DNA of 64,000 bases, taken from Eledone cirrhosa. Lineage: Eukaryota. Position numbers and translations under genes: made by a program. The DNA lies in NCBI GenBank assembly GCA_964016885.1, contig OZ024744.1:11098001-11162000 (forward strand). The letters are read 5' to 3'. The notes below the pieces were generated by a model. The model worked only from the letters and a program-made list of their open reading frames with translations, was not told where the DNA came from and did no database searches. The first letter of the stretch is position 1. Every line of letters starts with the position of its first letter. Below are positions 27,501 to 42,672 of this stretch, one piece after another.

Positions 27501-29900
27501 TTGTTTTACTCCAATATGTTGTGTTGTTGTACTCCAATATGTTGTATTGTTGTTCTCCAATATGTCATGTTATACTCCAATAAGTTGTGTTCGTGTACTC
27601 CAATATGTTGTGTTGTTGTACTCCAATATATCATGTTGTCGTACTCCAATATGTCATGTTATACTCCAATATGTCGTTGTTATACTCCAATATGTCATGT
27701 TGTTGTACTCCAATATGTCGTATTGTTATACTCCAATATGTTTTGATGTTGTACTCCAATATGTTGTGTTGTTGTACTCCAATATGTTGTGTAGTCGTAC
27801 TCCAATATGTTGTATTGTTATACTCCAATATGTTGTGCTGTTGTACTCCAATATGTTCTGTTGTTGTACTCCAATATATTGTGTTGTTGTACTCCAATAT
27901 GTCGTGTTGTTGTACTCCAATATGTCGTGTTGTTGTACTCCAATATGTTGTGTTGTTGTACTCCAATATGTTGTGTTGTTATACTCCAATATGTTATGTT
28001 GTTGTACTCCAATATGTCATGTTGTTGTACTCCAATATGTTTTGATGTTGTACTCCAATATGTTGTGTTGTTGTACTCCAATGTGTTGTGTTGTTGTACT
28101 CCAATATGTTGTGCCGTTGTACTCCAATATTTTTTTGTTTTTGTACTCCAAACTGTTGTGTTGTTATACTCCAATATGTTGTGTTGGTGTACTCCAATAT
28201 GGTGTGCTGTTGTACTCCAAATCTCGTGTTGTTATACTCCAATATGTTGTGTTGTTATACTCCAATATGGTGTGTTGTTGAACTCCAATATGTTGTATTG
28301 TTTTTCTCCAATATGTCATGTTATACTCCAATATGTTGTGTTCGTGTACTCCAATATGTCATGCTGTTGTACTCCAATATTTCGTGTCGTTGTACGCCAA
28401 TATGTTGTGCTTTTGTACTCCAATATGTTTTGCTGTTGTACTCCACTGTGTTGTGTTGTTGAACTCCAATATGTTGTGTTGTTGTTCTCCAATATTTTGT
28501 GCTGTTGTACTCCAATGTGTTGTGTTGTTATACTCCAATATGTTGTGTTGTGATACTCCAATGTGTTGTGTTGTTGTACTCCAATATGTTGTGTTGTTGT
28601 ACTCCAATATGTTGTGTTGTTATACACCAATGTGGTGTGCTGTTGTAATCCAATATGTTATGTTGTACTCCAATATGTTGTGTTGTTATACTCCAATATG
28701 TAGTGTTGTTATACTCCAATATGTTGTGTTGTTGTACTCCAATCTGTTGTGTTATACTCCAATATGTTGTGTTGTTGTACTCCAATATGTTGTATTGTTG
28801 TTCTCCAATATGTCATGCTATACTCCAATAAGTTGTGTTCTTGTACTCCAATATGTTTTGTTGTTGTACTCCAATATGTTGTGTTGTTGTACTCCAATAT
28901 ATCATGTTGTCGTACTCCAATATGTCATGTTATACTCCAATATGTCGTTGTTATACTCCAATATGTCATGTTGCTGTACTCCAGCATGTCGTGTTGTAGT
29001 ACTCCAATATGTTTTGATGTTGTACTCCAATATGTTGTGTTGTTGTACTCCAATATGTTGTGTTGTTGTACTCCAATATGTTGTGTTGTTATACTCCAAT
29101 ATGTTGTGCTGTTGTACTCCAATATGTCATGTTGTTGTACTCCGATATTTCGTGTTGTTCTACTCCAATATTTCGTGTTGTTGTACTCCAATATCTCGTG
29201 GTGTTGTACTCCAATATGTTTTGATGTTGTACTCCAATATGTCGTGTTGTTGTACTCCAATATGTTGTGTTGTTGTACTCCAATATGCTGTGTTGTTATA
29301 CTCCTATATGTTGAGCTGTTGTACTTCAATATGTTGTGTTCTACTCCAATATGTTGTGTTGTTCTACTCCAATATGTTGTGTTGTTGTACTCCAATATGT
29401 TGTGTTGTTGTACTCCAATATGTGATGTTGTTGTACTCCAATATGTCGTATTGTTGTACTCCAATATATTGTGTTGTTATACTCCAATATTTCGTGTTGT
29501 TTTAGTCCAATATGTCATGTTGTTTTACTCCAATATTTCGTGTTGTTGTACTCCAATATGTCATGGTGTTGTACTTCAATATGTCGTATTGTTGTACTCC
29601 AATATGTTGTGTTGTTGTTCTCCAATATGTCGTGTTGTTATACTCCAATATGTTATGATGTTGTACTCCAATATATTGTGTTGTTGTACTCCAATATGTT
29701 GTGTTGCTGTACTCCAATATGTTGTGTCGTTGTACTCCAATATGTTGTGTTGTTGTACTCCAATATGTTGTGCTGTTGTACTCCAATATGTTGTTGTACT
29801 CCAATATGCCATGTTGTTATACTCCAATATGTCGTTGTGTTGTACTCCAATATGTCATGTTGTTGTACTCCAATATTTCGTGTTGTTGTACTCCAATATG
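18323..29900 (+). repeat. Another copy of the ~8.4-kb unit, lengthened by the internal 3171-bp duplication
   Basis: TCATAGGGG markers at 18323 and 29901 are 11578 apart (= 8407 + 3171). ORF offsets to the 42.7-51 kb copy are 24350 (18332/42682), 24399 (21309/45708) and 21228 (27358/48586; 24399 - 3171). Confidence 0.8.
20912..27253 (+). repeat. Tandem duplication of a 3171-bp higher-order block (20912-24082 and 24083-27253)
   Basis: Matching ORF translations at constant offset 3171 (21309/24480, 22058/25229, 22477/25648, 23231/26402). Rare variants CCAAAAGGCCATG and CCAAACTTTCG are present in both copies. Confidence 0.93.
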
Positions 29901-31644
29901 TCATAGGGGTTGTACTCCAATATGGTGTGTTGTTGTACTCCAATATGCTGTGTTGCTATACTCCAATAGGTTGTGTTGTTGTACTCCAATATGCTGTGTT
30001 GGCTGTGCTCCAATACGTTGTGTTGTTGTACTCCAATATGTTGTGCTGCTGTACTCCAATATGTTGTGTTGTTGTACTCCAATATGTTGTGTTGTTGTAC
30101 TCCAATCTATATCGCTGTTGTACTCCAATATGTTGTGTTGTTGTACTCCAATATGTTGTGTTGTTGTACTCCAAAATATTGTGTTGTTATACTCCAATAT
30201 GTTGTGTTGTTATACTCCAATATGTTGTGCTGTTATACTCCTATATGTTGTGTTGTTGTACTCCAATATGTTGTGCTGTTATACTCCAATATTTTGTGTT
30301 GTTATACTCCAATATGTGGTATTGTTGTACTCCAATATGTTGTGCTGTTGTACTCCAATATGTTGTGTTGTTATACTCCAACATGTTGTGTTGTTATACT
30401 CCAATATGTTGTGTTGTTATACTCGAATATTTTGTGTTGTTATACTCGAATATCTTGTGTTGTTATACTCGAATATGTTGTGCTGTTGTACTCCAATATG
30501 TCGTGTTGTTGTACTCCAATATATCATGTAGTTGTACTCCAATATTTCGTGTTGTTGTACCCCAATATGTAGTGTTGTTTATACTCCAATATGTTTTGCT
30601 GTTGTACTCCAATATGATGTGCTGTTGTACTCCAATATGTTGTATTGTTGTTCTCCAATATGTCATGTTATACTCCAATAAGTTGTGTTCTTGTACTCCA
30701 ATATGTTGTGTTGTTGTACTCCAATATATCATGTTGTCGTACTCCAATATGTCATGTTATACTCCAATATGTCATTGTTGTACTCCAATATGTCGTGTTG
30801 TTGTACTCCAATATGTCGTGTTGTTGTACTCCAATATGCTGTGTTGTTATACTCCAATATGTTGTGTTGTTGTACTCCAATATGTTGTGTTGTTATACTC
30901 CAATATGTTGTGTTGTTGTACTCCAATATGTCATGTTGTTGTACTCCAATATGTTGCGTTGTTGTACTCCAATATATCATGTTGTCGTACTCCAATATGT
31001 TTTGATGTTGTACTCCAATATGTTGTGTTGTTGTACTCCAATATGTTGTGTAGTCGTACTCCAATATGTTGTGTTGTTGTACTCCAATATGCTGTGATGT
31101 TGTACTCCAATATGATGTGCTGTTGTACTCCAATGCGTTGTGTTGTTGTACTCCAATATGCTGTGTTGTTATACTCCAATATGTTGTGTTGTTATACTCC
31201 AATCTGTTGTGTTGTTATACTCCAATATATTGTGTTGTTATACTCCAATATGTTGTGTTGTTTTACTCCAATATGTTGTGTTGTTGTACTCCAATATCTT
31301 GTATTGTTGTTCTCCAATATGTCATGTTATACTCCAATAAGTTGTGTTCTTGTACTCCAATATGTTGTGTTGTTGTACTCCAATATGTTGTGTTGTTGTA
31401 CTCCAATATATCATGTTGTCGTACTCCAATATGTCATGTTATACTCCAATGTGTCATTGTTGTACTCCAATATGTCGTGTTGTTGCACTCCAATATGTCG
31501 TGTTGTTGTACTCCAATATGTTGTGTTGTTGTACTCCAATATGTTGTGTTGTTGTACTCCAATATGTTGTGTTGTTATACTCCAATATGTTATGTTGTTG
31601 TACTCCAATATGTCATGTTGTTGTACTCCAATATGTTTTGATGT

Positions 31645-34600
31645 TGTACTCCAATATGCTGTGTTGCTGTACTCCAATAGGTTGTGTTGTTGTACTCCAA
31701 TATGCTGTGTTGGCTGTGCTCCAATACGTTGTGTTGTTGTACTCCAATATTTTGTGCTGCTGTACTCCAATATGTTGCGTTGTTGTACTCCAATATGTTG
31801 TGTTGTTGTACTCCAATATGTTGTGTTGTTGTACTCCAATCTATATCGCTGTTGTACTCCAATATGTTGTGTTGTTGTACTCCAATATGTTGTGCTGTTG
31901 TACTCCAATATGTTGTGCTGTTGTGCTCCAATATTTTGTGCTGTTATACTCCAATATATTGTGTTGTTATACTCCAATATGTTGTGTTGTTGTACTCCAA
32001 AATATTGTGTTGTTATACTCCAATATGTTGTGTTGTTATACTCCAATAAGTTGTGCTGTTATACTCAATATGTTGTGTTGTTGTACTCCAATATGTTGTG
32101 CTGTTATACTCCAATATTTTGTGTTGTTATACTCCAATATGTGGTATTGTTGTACTCCAATATGTTGTGCTGTTGTACTCCAATATGTTGTGTTGTTATA
32201 CTCCAACATGTTGTGTTGTTATACTCCAATATGTTGTGTTGTTATACTCGAATATGTTGTGTTGTTATACTCGAATATCTTGTGTTGTTATACTCGAATA
32301 TGTTGTGCTGTTGTACTCCAATATGTCGTGTTGTTGTACTCCAATATATCATGTAGTTGTACTCCAATATTTCGTGTTGTTGTACCCCAATATGTAGTGT
32401 TGTTTATACTCCAATATGTTTTGCTGTTGTACTCCAATATGTTGTGTTGCTGTACTCCTATATGTTGTGTTGTTATTCTCCAATATGTTGTGCTGTTGTA
32501 CTCCAATGTGTTGTGTTGTTATACTCCAATATGTTGTGTTGATTTACTCCAATATGTTGTGTTGTTGTACTCCAATCTGTTGTGTTGTTATACTCCAATG
32601 TGTTGTGTTGTTATACTCCAATATGTTGTGTTGTTGTAGTCCAATATGTTGTGTTGTCGTACTCCAATATGTTGTGTTGTTATACTCCAATATTTCGTGT
32701 GGTTGTACTCCAATATGTCATGGTGTTGTACTTCAATATGTCGTGTTGTTGTACTCCAATATGTTGTCTTGCTGTACTCCAATATGTTGTGTTGTTGTAC
32801 TCCAATATCTTGTGTTCTTATACTCCAATATGTTGTGTTGTTATACTCCAATATGTTGTGTTGTTGTACTCCAATATGTTGTGCTGTTTTACTCCAATAT
32901 GTTGTGTTGTTGTACTCCAATATGTTGTATTGTTTTTCTCCAATATGTCATGTTATACTCCAATAAGTTGTGTTCTTGTACTCCAATATGTTGTGTTGTT
33001 GTACTCCAATATATCATGTTGTCGTACTCCAATATGTCATGTTATACTCCAATATGTCATTGTTGTACTCCAATATGTCGTGTTGTTGTACTCCAATATG
33101 TCGTGTTGTTGTACTCCAATATGTTGTGTTGTTGTACTCCAATATGTTGTGTTGTTGTACTCCAATATGTTGTGTTGTTATACTCCAATATGTTATGTTG
33201 TTGTACTCCAATATGTCATGTTGTTGTACTCCAATATGTTTTGATGTTGTACTCCAATATGTTGTGTTGTTGTACTCCAATATGTTTTGATGTTGTAGTC
33301 CAATATGTTGTGTTGTTGTACTCCAATATGTTGTGTAGTCGTACTCCAATATGTTGGGTTGTTGTACTCCAATATGCTGTGATGTTGTACTCCAATATGA
33401 TGTGCTGTTGTACTCCAATGCGTTGTGTTGTTGTACTCCAATATGCTGTGTTGTTATACTCCAATATGTTGTGTTGTTGTACTCCAATATGTTGTGTTGT
33501 TGTACTCCAATATGTTGTGTTGTTGTAATCCAATATCTTGTGTAGTTATACTCCAATATGTTGTGCTGTTGTACTCCAATATGTTGAGTTGTTATACTCC
33601 AATATGTAGTGTTGTTATACTCCAATATGTTGTGTTGTTGTACTCCAATCTGTTGCGTTATACTCCAATATGTTGTGTTGTTATACTCCAATATGTTGTG
33701 TTGTTATACTCCAATATGTTGTGTTGTTTTACTCCAATATGTTGTATTGTTGATCTCCAATATGTCATATTATACTCCAATAAGTTGTGTTCTTGTACTC
33801 CAATATGTGTTGTTGTTGTACTCCAATATGTTGCGTTGTTGTACTCCAATATATCATGTTGTCGTACTCCAATATGTCATGTTATACTCCAATATGTTTT
33901 GATGCTGTACTCCAATATGTTGTGTTGTTGTACTACAATATGTTGTGTTGTTGTACTCCAATATGTTGTGTTGTTATACTCCAATATGTTGTGCTGTTGT
34001 ACTCCAATATGTTGTGTTGTTATACTCCAATATGTAGTGTTGTTATACTCCAATATGTTGTGTTGTTGTACTCCAATCTGTTGTGTTGTTATACTCCAAT
34101 ATATTGTGTTGTTATACTCCAATATGTTGTGTTGTTTTACTCCAATATGTTGTGTTGTTGTACTCCAATATGTTGTATTGTTGTTCTCCAATATGTCATG
34201 TTATACTCCAATAAGTTGTGTTCTTGTACTCCAATATGTTGTGTTGTTGTACTCCAATGTGTTGTGTTGCTGTATTCCAATATGTTGTGTTGTTATTCTC
34301 CAATATGTTGTGCTGTTGTACTCCAATGTGTTATGTTGTTATACTCCAATATGTTGTGCTGTGCTACTCCAATATATTGTGTTGTTGTACTCCAATGTGT
34401 TGTGTTGTTATACTCCAATATGTTGTGTTGATTTACTCCAATATGTTGTGTTGTTGTACTCCAATCTGTTGTGTTGTTATACTCCAATATGTTGTGTTGT
34501 TATACTCCAATATGTTGTGTTGTTTTACTCCAATATGTTGTGTTGTTGTACTCCAATATGTTGTGTTGTTGTACTCCAATATGTTGTGTTGTTGTAATCC

Positions 34601-37600
34601 AATATCTTGTGTTGTTATACTCCAATATGTTGTGTTGTTGTACTCCAATATGTTGTGTTGTTATACTCCAATATGTTGTGTTGTGATACTCCAATATGTT
34701 GTGCTGTTGTACTCCAATATGTTGTGTTGTTATACTCCAATATGTTGTGTTGTTTTACTCCAATATGTTGTGTTGTTGTACTCCAATATGTTGTATTGTT
34801 GTTCTCCAATATGTCATGTTATACTCCAATAAGTTGTGTTCTTGTACTCCAATATGTTGTGTTGTTGTACTCCAATATATCATGTTGTCGTACTCCAATA
34901 TGTCATGTTATACTCCAATATGTCGTTGTTATACTCCAATATGTCATGTTGTTGTACTCCAATATGTCGTATTGTTATACTCCAATATGTTTTGATGTTG
35001 TACTCCAATATGTTGTGTAGTCGTACTCCAATATGTTGTATTGTTATACTCCATTATGTTGTGCTGTTGTACTCCAATATGTTCTGTTGTTGTACTCCAA
35101 TATATTGTGTTGTTGTACTCCAATATGTCGTGTTGTTGTACTCCAATATGTCGTGTTGTTGTACTCCAATATGTTGTGTTGTTGTACTCCAATATGTTGT
35201 GTTGTTGTACTCCAATATGTTGTATTGTTATACTCCAATATGTTATGTTGTTGTACTCCAATATGTCATGTTGTTGTACTCCAATATGTTTTGATGTTGT
35301 ACTCCAATATGTTGTGTTGTTGTACTCCAATATGTTTTGATGTTGTACTCCAATATGTTGTGTTGTTGTACTCCAATATGCTGTGTAGTCGTACTCCAAT
35401 ATGTTGTGTTGTTGTACTCCAATATGCTGTGATGTTGTACTCCAATATGATGTGCTGTTGTACTCCAATATGTTGTGTTGTTGTACTCCAATATGCTGTG
35501 ATGTTGTACTCCAATATGATGTGCTGTTGTACTCCAATGCGTTGTGTTGTTGTACTCCAATATGTTGTGTTGTTATACTCCAATATGTTGTGTTGTTGTA
35601 CTCCAATATGTTGTGTTGTTGTACTCCAATATGTTGTGTTGTTGTACTCCAATATGTTGTGTTGTTATACTCCAATATGTTGTGCTGTTGTACTCCAATA
35701 TGTTGAGTTGTTATACTCCAATATGTAGTGTTGTTATACTCCAATATGTTGTGTTGTTGTACTCCAATCTGTTGCGTTATACTCCAATATGTTGTGTTGT
35801 TATACTCCAATATGTTGTGTTGTTATACTCCAATATGTTGTGTTGTTTTACTCCAATATGTTGTATTGTTGATCTCCAATATGTCATATTATACTCCAAT
35901 AAGTTGTGTTCTTGTACTCCAATATGTGTTGTTGTTGTACTCCAATATGTTGCGTTGTTGTACTCCAATATATCATGTTGTCGTACTCCAATATGTCATG
36001 TTATACTCCAATATGTTTTGATGCTGTACTCCAATATGTTGTGTTGTTGTACTACAATATGTTGTGTTGTTGTACTCCAATATGTTGTGTTGTTATACTC
36101 CAATATGGTGTGCTGTTGTACTCCAATATGTTGTGTTGTTATACTCCAATATGTAGTGTTGTTATACTCCAATATGTTGTGTTGTTGTACTCCAATCTGT
36201 TGTGTTGTTATACTCCAATATATTGTGTTGTTATACTCCAATATGTTGTGTTGTTTTACTCCAATATGTTGTGTTGTTGTACTCCAATATGTTGTGTTCT
36301 TGTACTCCAATATGTCGTGTTGTCGTACTCCAATATGTTGTGTTGTTGTACTCCAATATGTTGTGCTGTTGTACTCCAATATGTTGTGTTGTTGTACTCC
36401 AATATGTTGTGTTGTTATACTCCAATATGTTGTGCTGTTGTACTCCAATATTTCGTGTTGTTGTACTCCAATACGTCGTGTTGTACTCCAATATGTTGTG
36501 TTGTTATACTCCAATATGTTATGTTGTTGTACTCCAATGTGTCTTGTTGTTGTACTCCAATATGTTTTGATGTTGTACTCCAATATGTTTTGTTGTTATT
36601 CTCCAATATGTTGTGATGTTGTACTCCAATGTGTTGTGTTGTTGTACTCCAATGTGATGTGTTGTTGTACTCCAATATGTTGTGCTGTTGTACTCCAATA
36701 TTTTTTGTTTTTTGTACTCCAATATGTTGTGTTGTTATACACCAATATGTTGTGTTGTTATACTCCAATATGGTGTGTTCGTGTACTCCAATATGTTGTG
36801 TTATTGTACTCCAATATGTTGCGTTGTTGTACTCCAATATGTTGTGTTGTTATACTCCAATATGTCGTGTGGCTGTACTCCAATATGTCATGTTGTTGTA
36901 CTCCAATATGTCTTGTTATAGTCCAATATGTCGTGTTGTTGTACTCCAATATATCATGTAGTTGTACTCCAATATTTCGTGTTGTTGTACCCCAATATGT
37001 AGTGTTGTTTATACTCCAATATGTTTTGCTGTTGTACTCCAATATGTTGTGTTGCTGTACTCCTATATGTTGTGTTGTTATTCTCCAATATGTTGTGCTG
37101 TTGTACTCCAATGTGTTGTGTTGTTATACTCCAATGTGTTGTGTTGTTATACTCCAATATGTTGTGTTGTTGTAGTCCAATATGTTGTGTTGTTATACTC
37201 CAATATTTCGTGTGGTTGTACTCCAATATGTCATGGTGTTGTACTTCAATATGTCGTGTTGTTGTACTCCAATATGTTGTCTTGTTGTACTCCAATCTGT
37301 TGTATTGTTGTACTTCAATATGTTCTGTTCATGTACTCCAATATATTGTGTTGTTGTACTCCAATATGTTGTGTTGTTGTACTCCAATATGCTGTGTTGT
37401 TGTACTCCAATATGTTGTGCTTTTGTACTCCAATATGTTTTGCTGTTGTACTCCACTGTGTTGTGTTGTTGAACTCCAATATGTTGTGTTGTTGTTCTCC
37501 AATATTTTGTGCTGTTGTACTCCAATGTGTTGTGTTGTTATACTCCAATATGTTGTGTTGTGATACTCCAATGTGTTGTGTTGTTGTACTCCAATATGTT

Positions 37601-40600
37601 GTGTTGTTGTACTCCAATATGTTGTGTTGTTATACACCAATGTGGTGTGCTGTTGTAATCCAATATGTTATGTTGTACTCCAATATGTTGTGTTGTTATA
37701 CTCCAATATGTAGTGTTGTTATACTCCAATATGTTGTGTTGTTGTACTCCAATCTGTTGTGTTATACTCCAATATGTTGTGTTGTTATACTCCAATATGT
37801 TGTGTTGTTATACTCCAATATGGTGTGTTGTTGTACTCCAATATGTTGTATTGTTTTCTCCAATATGTCATGTTATACTCCAATATGGTGTGTTCGTGTA
37901 CTCCAATATGTTGTGTTATTGTACTCCAATATGTTGCGTTGTTGTACTCCAATATGTTGTGTTGTTATACTCCAATATGTCGTGTGGCTGTATTCCAATA
38001 TGTCATGTTGTTGTACTCCAATATGTCTTGTTATAGTCCAATATGTCGTGTTGTTGTACTCCAATATATCATGTAGTTGTACTCCAATATTTCGTGTTGT
38101 TGTACCCCAATATGTAGTGTTGTTTATACTCCAATATGTTTTGCTGTTGTACTCCAATATGTTGTGTTGCTGTACTCCTATATGTTGTGTTGTTATTCTC
38201 CAATATGTTGTGCTGTTGTACTCCAATGTGTTGTGTTGTTATACTCCAATGTGTTGTGTTGTTATACTCCAATATGTTGTGTTGTTGTAGTCCAATATGT
38301 TGTGTTGTCGTACTCCAATATGTTGTGTTGTTATACTCCAATATTTCGTGTGGTTGTACTCCAATATGTCATGGTGTTGTACTTCAATATGTCGTGTTGT
38401 TGTACTCCAATATGTTGTCTTGTTGTACTCCAATCTGTTGTATTGTTGTACTTCAATATGTTCTGTTGTTGTACTCCAATATATTGTGTTGTTGTACTCC
38501 AATATGTTGTGTTGTTGTACTCCAATATGCTGTGTTGTTGTACTCCAATATGTTGTGTTGTTGTACTCCAATATGTTGTGTTGTTGTACTCCAATATCTT
38601 GTGTTCTTATACTCCAATATGTTGTGTTGTTATACTCCAATATGTTGTGTTGTTGTACTCCAATATGTTGTGCTGTTGTACTCCAATATGATGTGCTGTT
38701 GTACTCCAATATGTTGTGTTATTGTACTCCAATATGTTGCGTTGTTGTACTCCAATATGTTGTGTTGTTATACTCCAATATGTTGTGTTGTTGTACTCCA
38801 ATATGTCATGTTGTTGTACTCCAGTATGTCTTGTTATACTCCAATATGTCGTGTTGCTGTACTCCAATATGTCATGCTGTTGTACTCCAATATTTCGTGT
38901 CGTTGTACGCCAATATGTTGTGCTTTTGTACTCCAATATGTTTTGCTGTTGTACTCCACTGTGTTGTGTTGTTGAACTCCAATATGTTGTGTTGTTGTTC
39001 TCCAATATTTTGTGCTGTTGTACTCCAATGTGTTGTGTTGTTATACTCCAATATGTTGTGTTGTGATACTCCAATGTGTTGTGTTGTTGTACTCCAATAT
39101 GTTGTGTTGTTGTACTCCAATATGTTGTGTTGTTATACACCAATGTGGTGTGCTGTTGTAATCCAATATGTTATGTTGTACTCCAATATGTTGTGTTGTT
39201 ATACTCCAATATGTAGTGTTGTTATACTCCAATATGTTGTGTTGTTGTACTCCAATCTGTTGTGTTATACTCCAATATGTTGTGTTGTTGTACTCCAATA
39301 TGTTGTATTGTTGTTCTCCAATATGTCATGCTATACTCCAATAAGTTGTGTTCTTGTACTCCAATATGTTTTGTTGTTGTACTCCAATATGTTGTGTTGT
39401 TGTACTCCAATATATCATGTTGTCGTACTCAAATATGTCATGTTATACTCCAATATGTCGTTGTTATACTCCAATATGTCATGTTGCTGTACTCCAGCAT
39501 GTCGTGTTGTAGTACTCCAATATGTTTTGATGTTGTACTCCAATATGTTGTGTTGTTGTACTCCAATATGTTGTGTTGTTGTACTCCAATATGTTGTGTT
39601 GTTATACTCCAATATGTTGTGCTGTTGTACTCCAATATGTCATGTTGTTGTACTCCGATATTTCGTGTTGTTCTACTCCAATATTTCGTGTTGTTGTACT
39701 CCAATATCTCGTGGTGTTGTACTCCAATATGTTTTGATGTTGTACTCCAATATGTCGTGTTGTTGTACTCCAATATGTTGTGTTGTTGTACTCCAATATG
39801 CTGTGTTGTTATACTCCTATATGTTGAGCTGTTGTACTTCAATATGTTGTGTTCTACTCCAATATGTTGTGTTGTTCTACTCCAATATGTTGTGTTGTTG
39901 TACTCCAATATGTTGTGTTGTTGTACTCCAATATGTGATGTTGTTGTACTCCAATATGTCGTATTGTTGTACTCCAATATATTGTGTTGTTATACTCCAA
40001 TATTTCGTGTTGTTTTAGTCCAATATGTCATGTTGTTTTACTCCAATATTTCGTGTTGTTGTACTCCAATATGTCATGGTGTTGTACTTCAATATGTCGT
40101 ATTGTTGTACTCCAATATGTTGTGTTGTTGTTCTCCAATATGTCGTGTTGTTATACTCCAATATGTTATGATGTTGTACTCCAATATATTGTGTTGTTGT
40201 ACTCCAATATGTTGTGTTGCTGTACTCCAATATGTTGTGTCGTTGTACTCCAATATGTTGTGTTGTTGTACTCCAATATGCTGTGCTGTTGTACTCCAAT
40301 ATGTTGTTGTACTCCAATATGCCATGTTGTTATACTCCAATATGTCGTGGTGTTGTACTCCAATATGTCATGTTGTTGTACTCCAATGTTTCGTGTTGTT
40401 GTACTCCAATATGTCATAGGGGTTGTACTCCAATATGGTGTGTTGTTGTACTCCAATATGCTGTGTTGCTATACTCCAATAGGTTGTGTTGTTGTACTCC
40501 AATATGCTGTGTTGGCTGTGCTCCAATACGTTGTGTTGTTGTACTCCAATATGTTGTGCTGCTGTACTACAATATGTTGTGTTGTTGTACTCCAATATGT

Positions 40601-42330
40601 TGTGTTGTTGTACTCCAATATGTTGTGTTGTTGTACTCCAATCTATATCGCTGTTGTACTCCAATATGTTGTGTTGTTGTACTCCAATATGTTGTGTTGT
40701 TGTACTCCAAAATATTGTGTTGTTATACTCCAATATGTTGTGTTGTTATACTCCAATATGTTGTGCTGTTATACTCCAATATGTTGTGTTGTTGTACTCC
40801 AATATGTTGTGCTGTTATACTCCAATATTTTGTGTTGTTATACTCCAATATGTGGTATTGTTGTACTCCAATATGTTGTGCTGTTGTACTCCAATATGTT
40901 GTGTTGTTATACTCCAACATGTTGTGTTGTTATACTCCAATATGTTGTGTTGTTATACTCGAATATTTTGTGTTGTTATACTCGAATATCTTGTGTTGTT
41001 ATACTCGAATATGTTGTGCTGTTGTACTCCAATATGTCGTGTTGTTGTACTCCAATATATCATGTAGTTGTACTCCAATATTTCGTGTTGTTGTACCCCA
41101 ATATGTAGTGTTGTTTATACTCCAATATGTTTTGCTGTTGTACTCCAATATGATGTGCTGTTGTACTCCAATATGTTGTATTGTTGTTCTCCAATATGTC
41201 ATGTTATACTCCAATAAGTTGTGTTCTTGTACTCCAATATGTTGTGTTGTTGTACTCCAATATATCATGTTGTCGTACTCCAATATGTCATGTTATACTC
41301 CAATATGTCATTGTTGTACTCCAATATGTCGTGTTGTTGTACTCCAATATGTCGTGTTGTTGTACTCCAATATGCTGTGTTGTTATACTCCAATATGTTG
41401 TGTTGTTGTACTCCAATATGTTGTGTTGTTATACTCCAATATGTTGTGTTGTTGTACTCCAATATGTCATGTTGTTGTACTCCAATATGTTGCGTTGTTG
41501 TACTCCAATATATCATGTTGTCGTACTCCAATATGTTTTGATGTTGTACTCCAATATGTTATGTTGTTGTACTCCAATATGTTGTGTAGTCGTACTCCAA
41601 TATGTTGTGTTGTTGTACTCCAATATGCTGTGATGTTGTACTCCAATATGATGTGCTGTTGTACTCCAATGCGTTGTGTTGTTGTACTCCAATATGCTGT
41701 GTTGTTATACTCCAATATGTTGTGTTGTTATACTCCAATCTGTTGTGTTGTTATACTCCAATATATTGTGTTGTTATACTCCAATATGTTGTGTTGTTTT
41801 ACTCCAATATGTTGTGTTGTTGTACTCCAATATCTTGTATTGTTGTTCTCCAATATGTCATGTTATACTCCAATAAGTTGTGTTCTTGTACTCCAATATG
41901 TTGTGTTGTTGTACTCCAATATGTTGTGTTGTTGTACTCCAATATATCATGTTGTCGTACTCCAATATGTCATGTTATACTCCAATGTGTCATTGTTGTA
42001 CTCCAATATGTCGTGTTGTTGCACTCCAATATGTCGTGTTGTTGTACTCCAATATGTTGTGTTGTTGTACTCCAATGTGTTGTGTTGTTGTACTCCAATA
42101 TGTTGTGTTGTTATACTCCAATATGTTATGTTGTTGTACTCCAATATGTCATGTTGTTGTACTCCAATATGTTTTGATGTTGTACTCCAATATGTCGTGT
42201 TGTTATACTCCAATATGTTATGATGTTGTACTCCAATATATTGTGTTGTTGTACTCCAATATGTTGTGTTGCTGTACTCCAATATGTTGTGTCGTTGTAC
42301 TCCAATACGTTGTGTTGTTGTACTCCAATA
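31645..42330 (+). repeat. Dispersed copy of block ~1860-12550 (offset ~29.8 kb)
   Basis: ORF offsets 29786 (2630/32416, 5158/34944), 29902 (7060/36962, 8395/38297) and 29767 (10447/40214). Private variants are shared (TCCATTATG ~5263/35050, GTTCATGTAC ~7425/37327, 69-bp duplication 5615/35401). Confidence 0.88.
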
Positions 42331-42672
42331 TGTTGTGTTGTTGTACTCCAATATGTTGTTGTACTCCAATATGCCATGTTGTCGTACTCCAATATTTCGT
42401 GTTGTTGTACTCCAATATGTCATGGTGTTGTACTCCAATATGTTGTGTTGTTGTACTCCAATATGTTGTGTTGTTGTACTCCAATATGTTGTGTTGTTGT
42501 ACTCCAATATGTTGTGTTGTTGTACTCCAATATGTTGTGTTGTTGTACTCCAATATGTTGTGTTGTTGTACTCCAATATGTCATGTTGTTATACTCCAAT
42601 ATGTGGTGGTGTTGTACTCCAATATGTCATGTTGTTGTACTCCAATATTTCGTGTTGTTGTACTCCAATATG

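Noticed and set aside
29471-32356. Long Cys-rich ORFs (961, 714, 669 and 618 aa) resembling metallothionein, keratin-associated or membrane proteins
   Set aside because: They are translations of a stop-free 23-bp repeat. Overlapping ORFs in all frames give the same peptide, there are no unique termini, and non-triplet indels are common.
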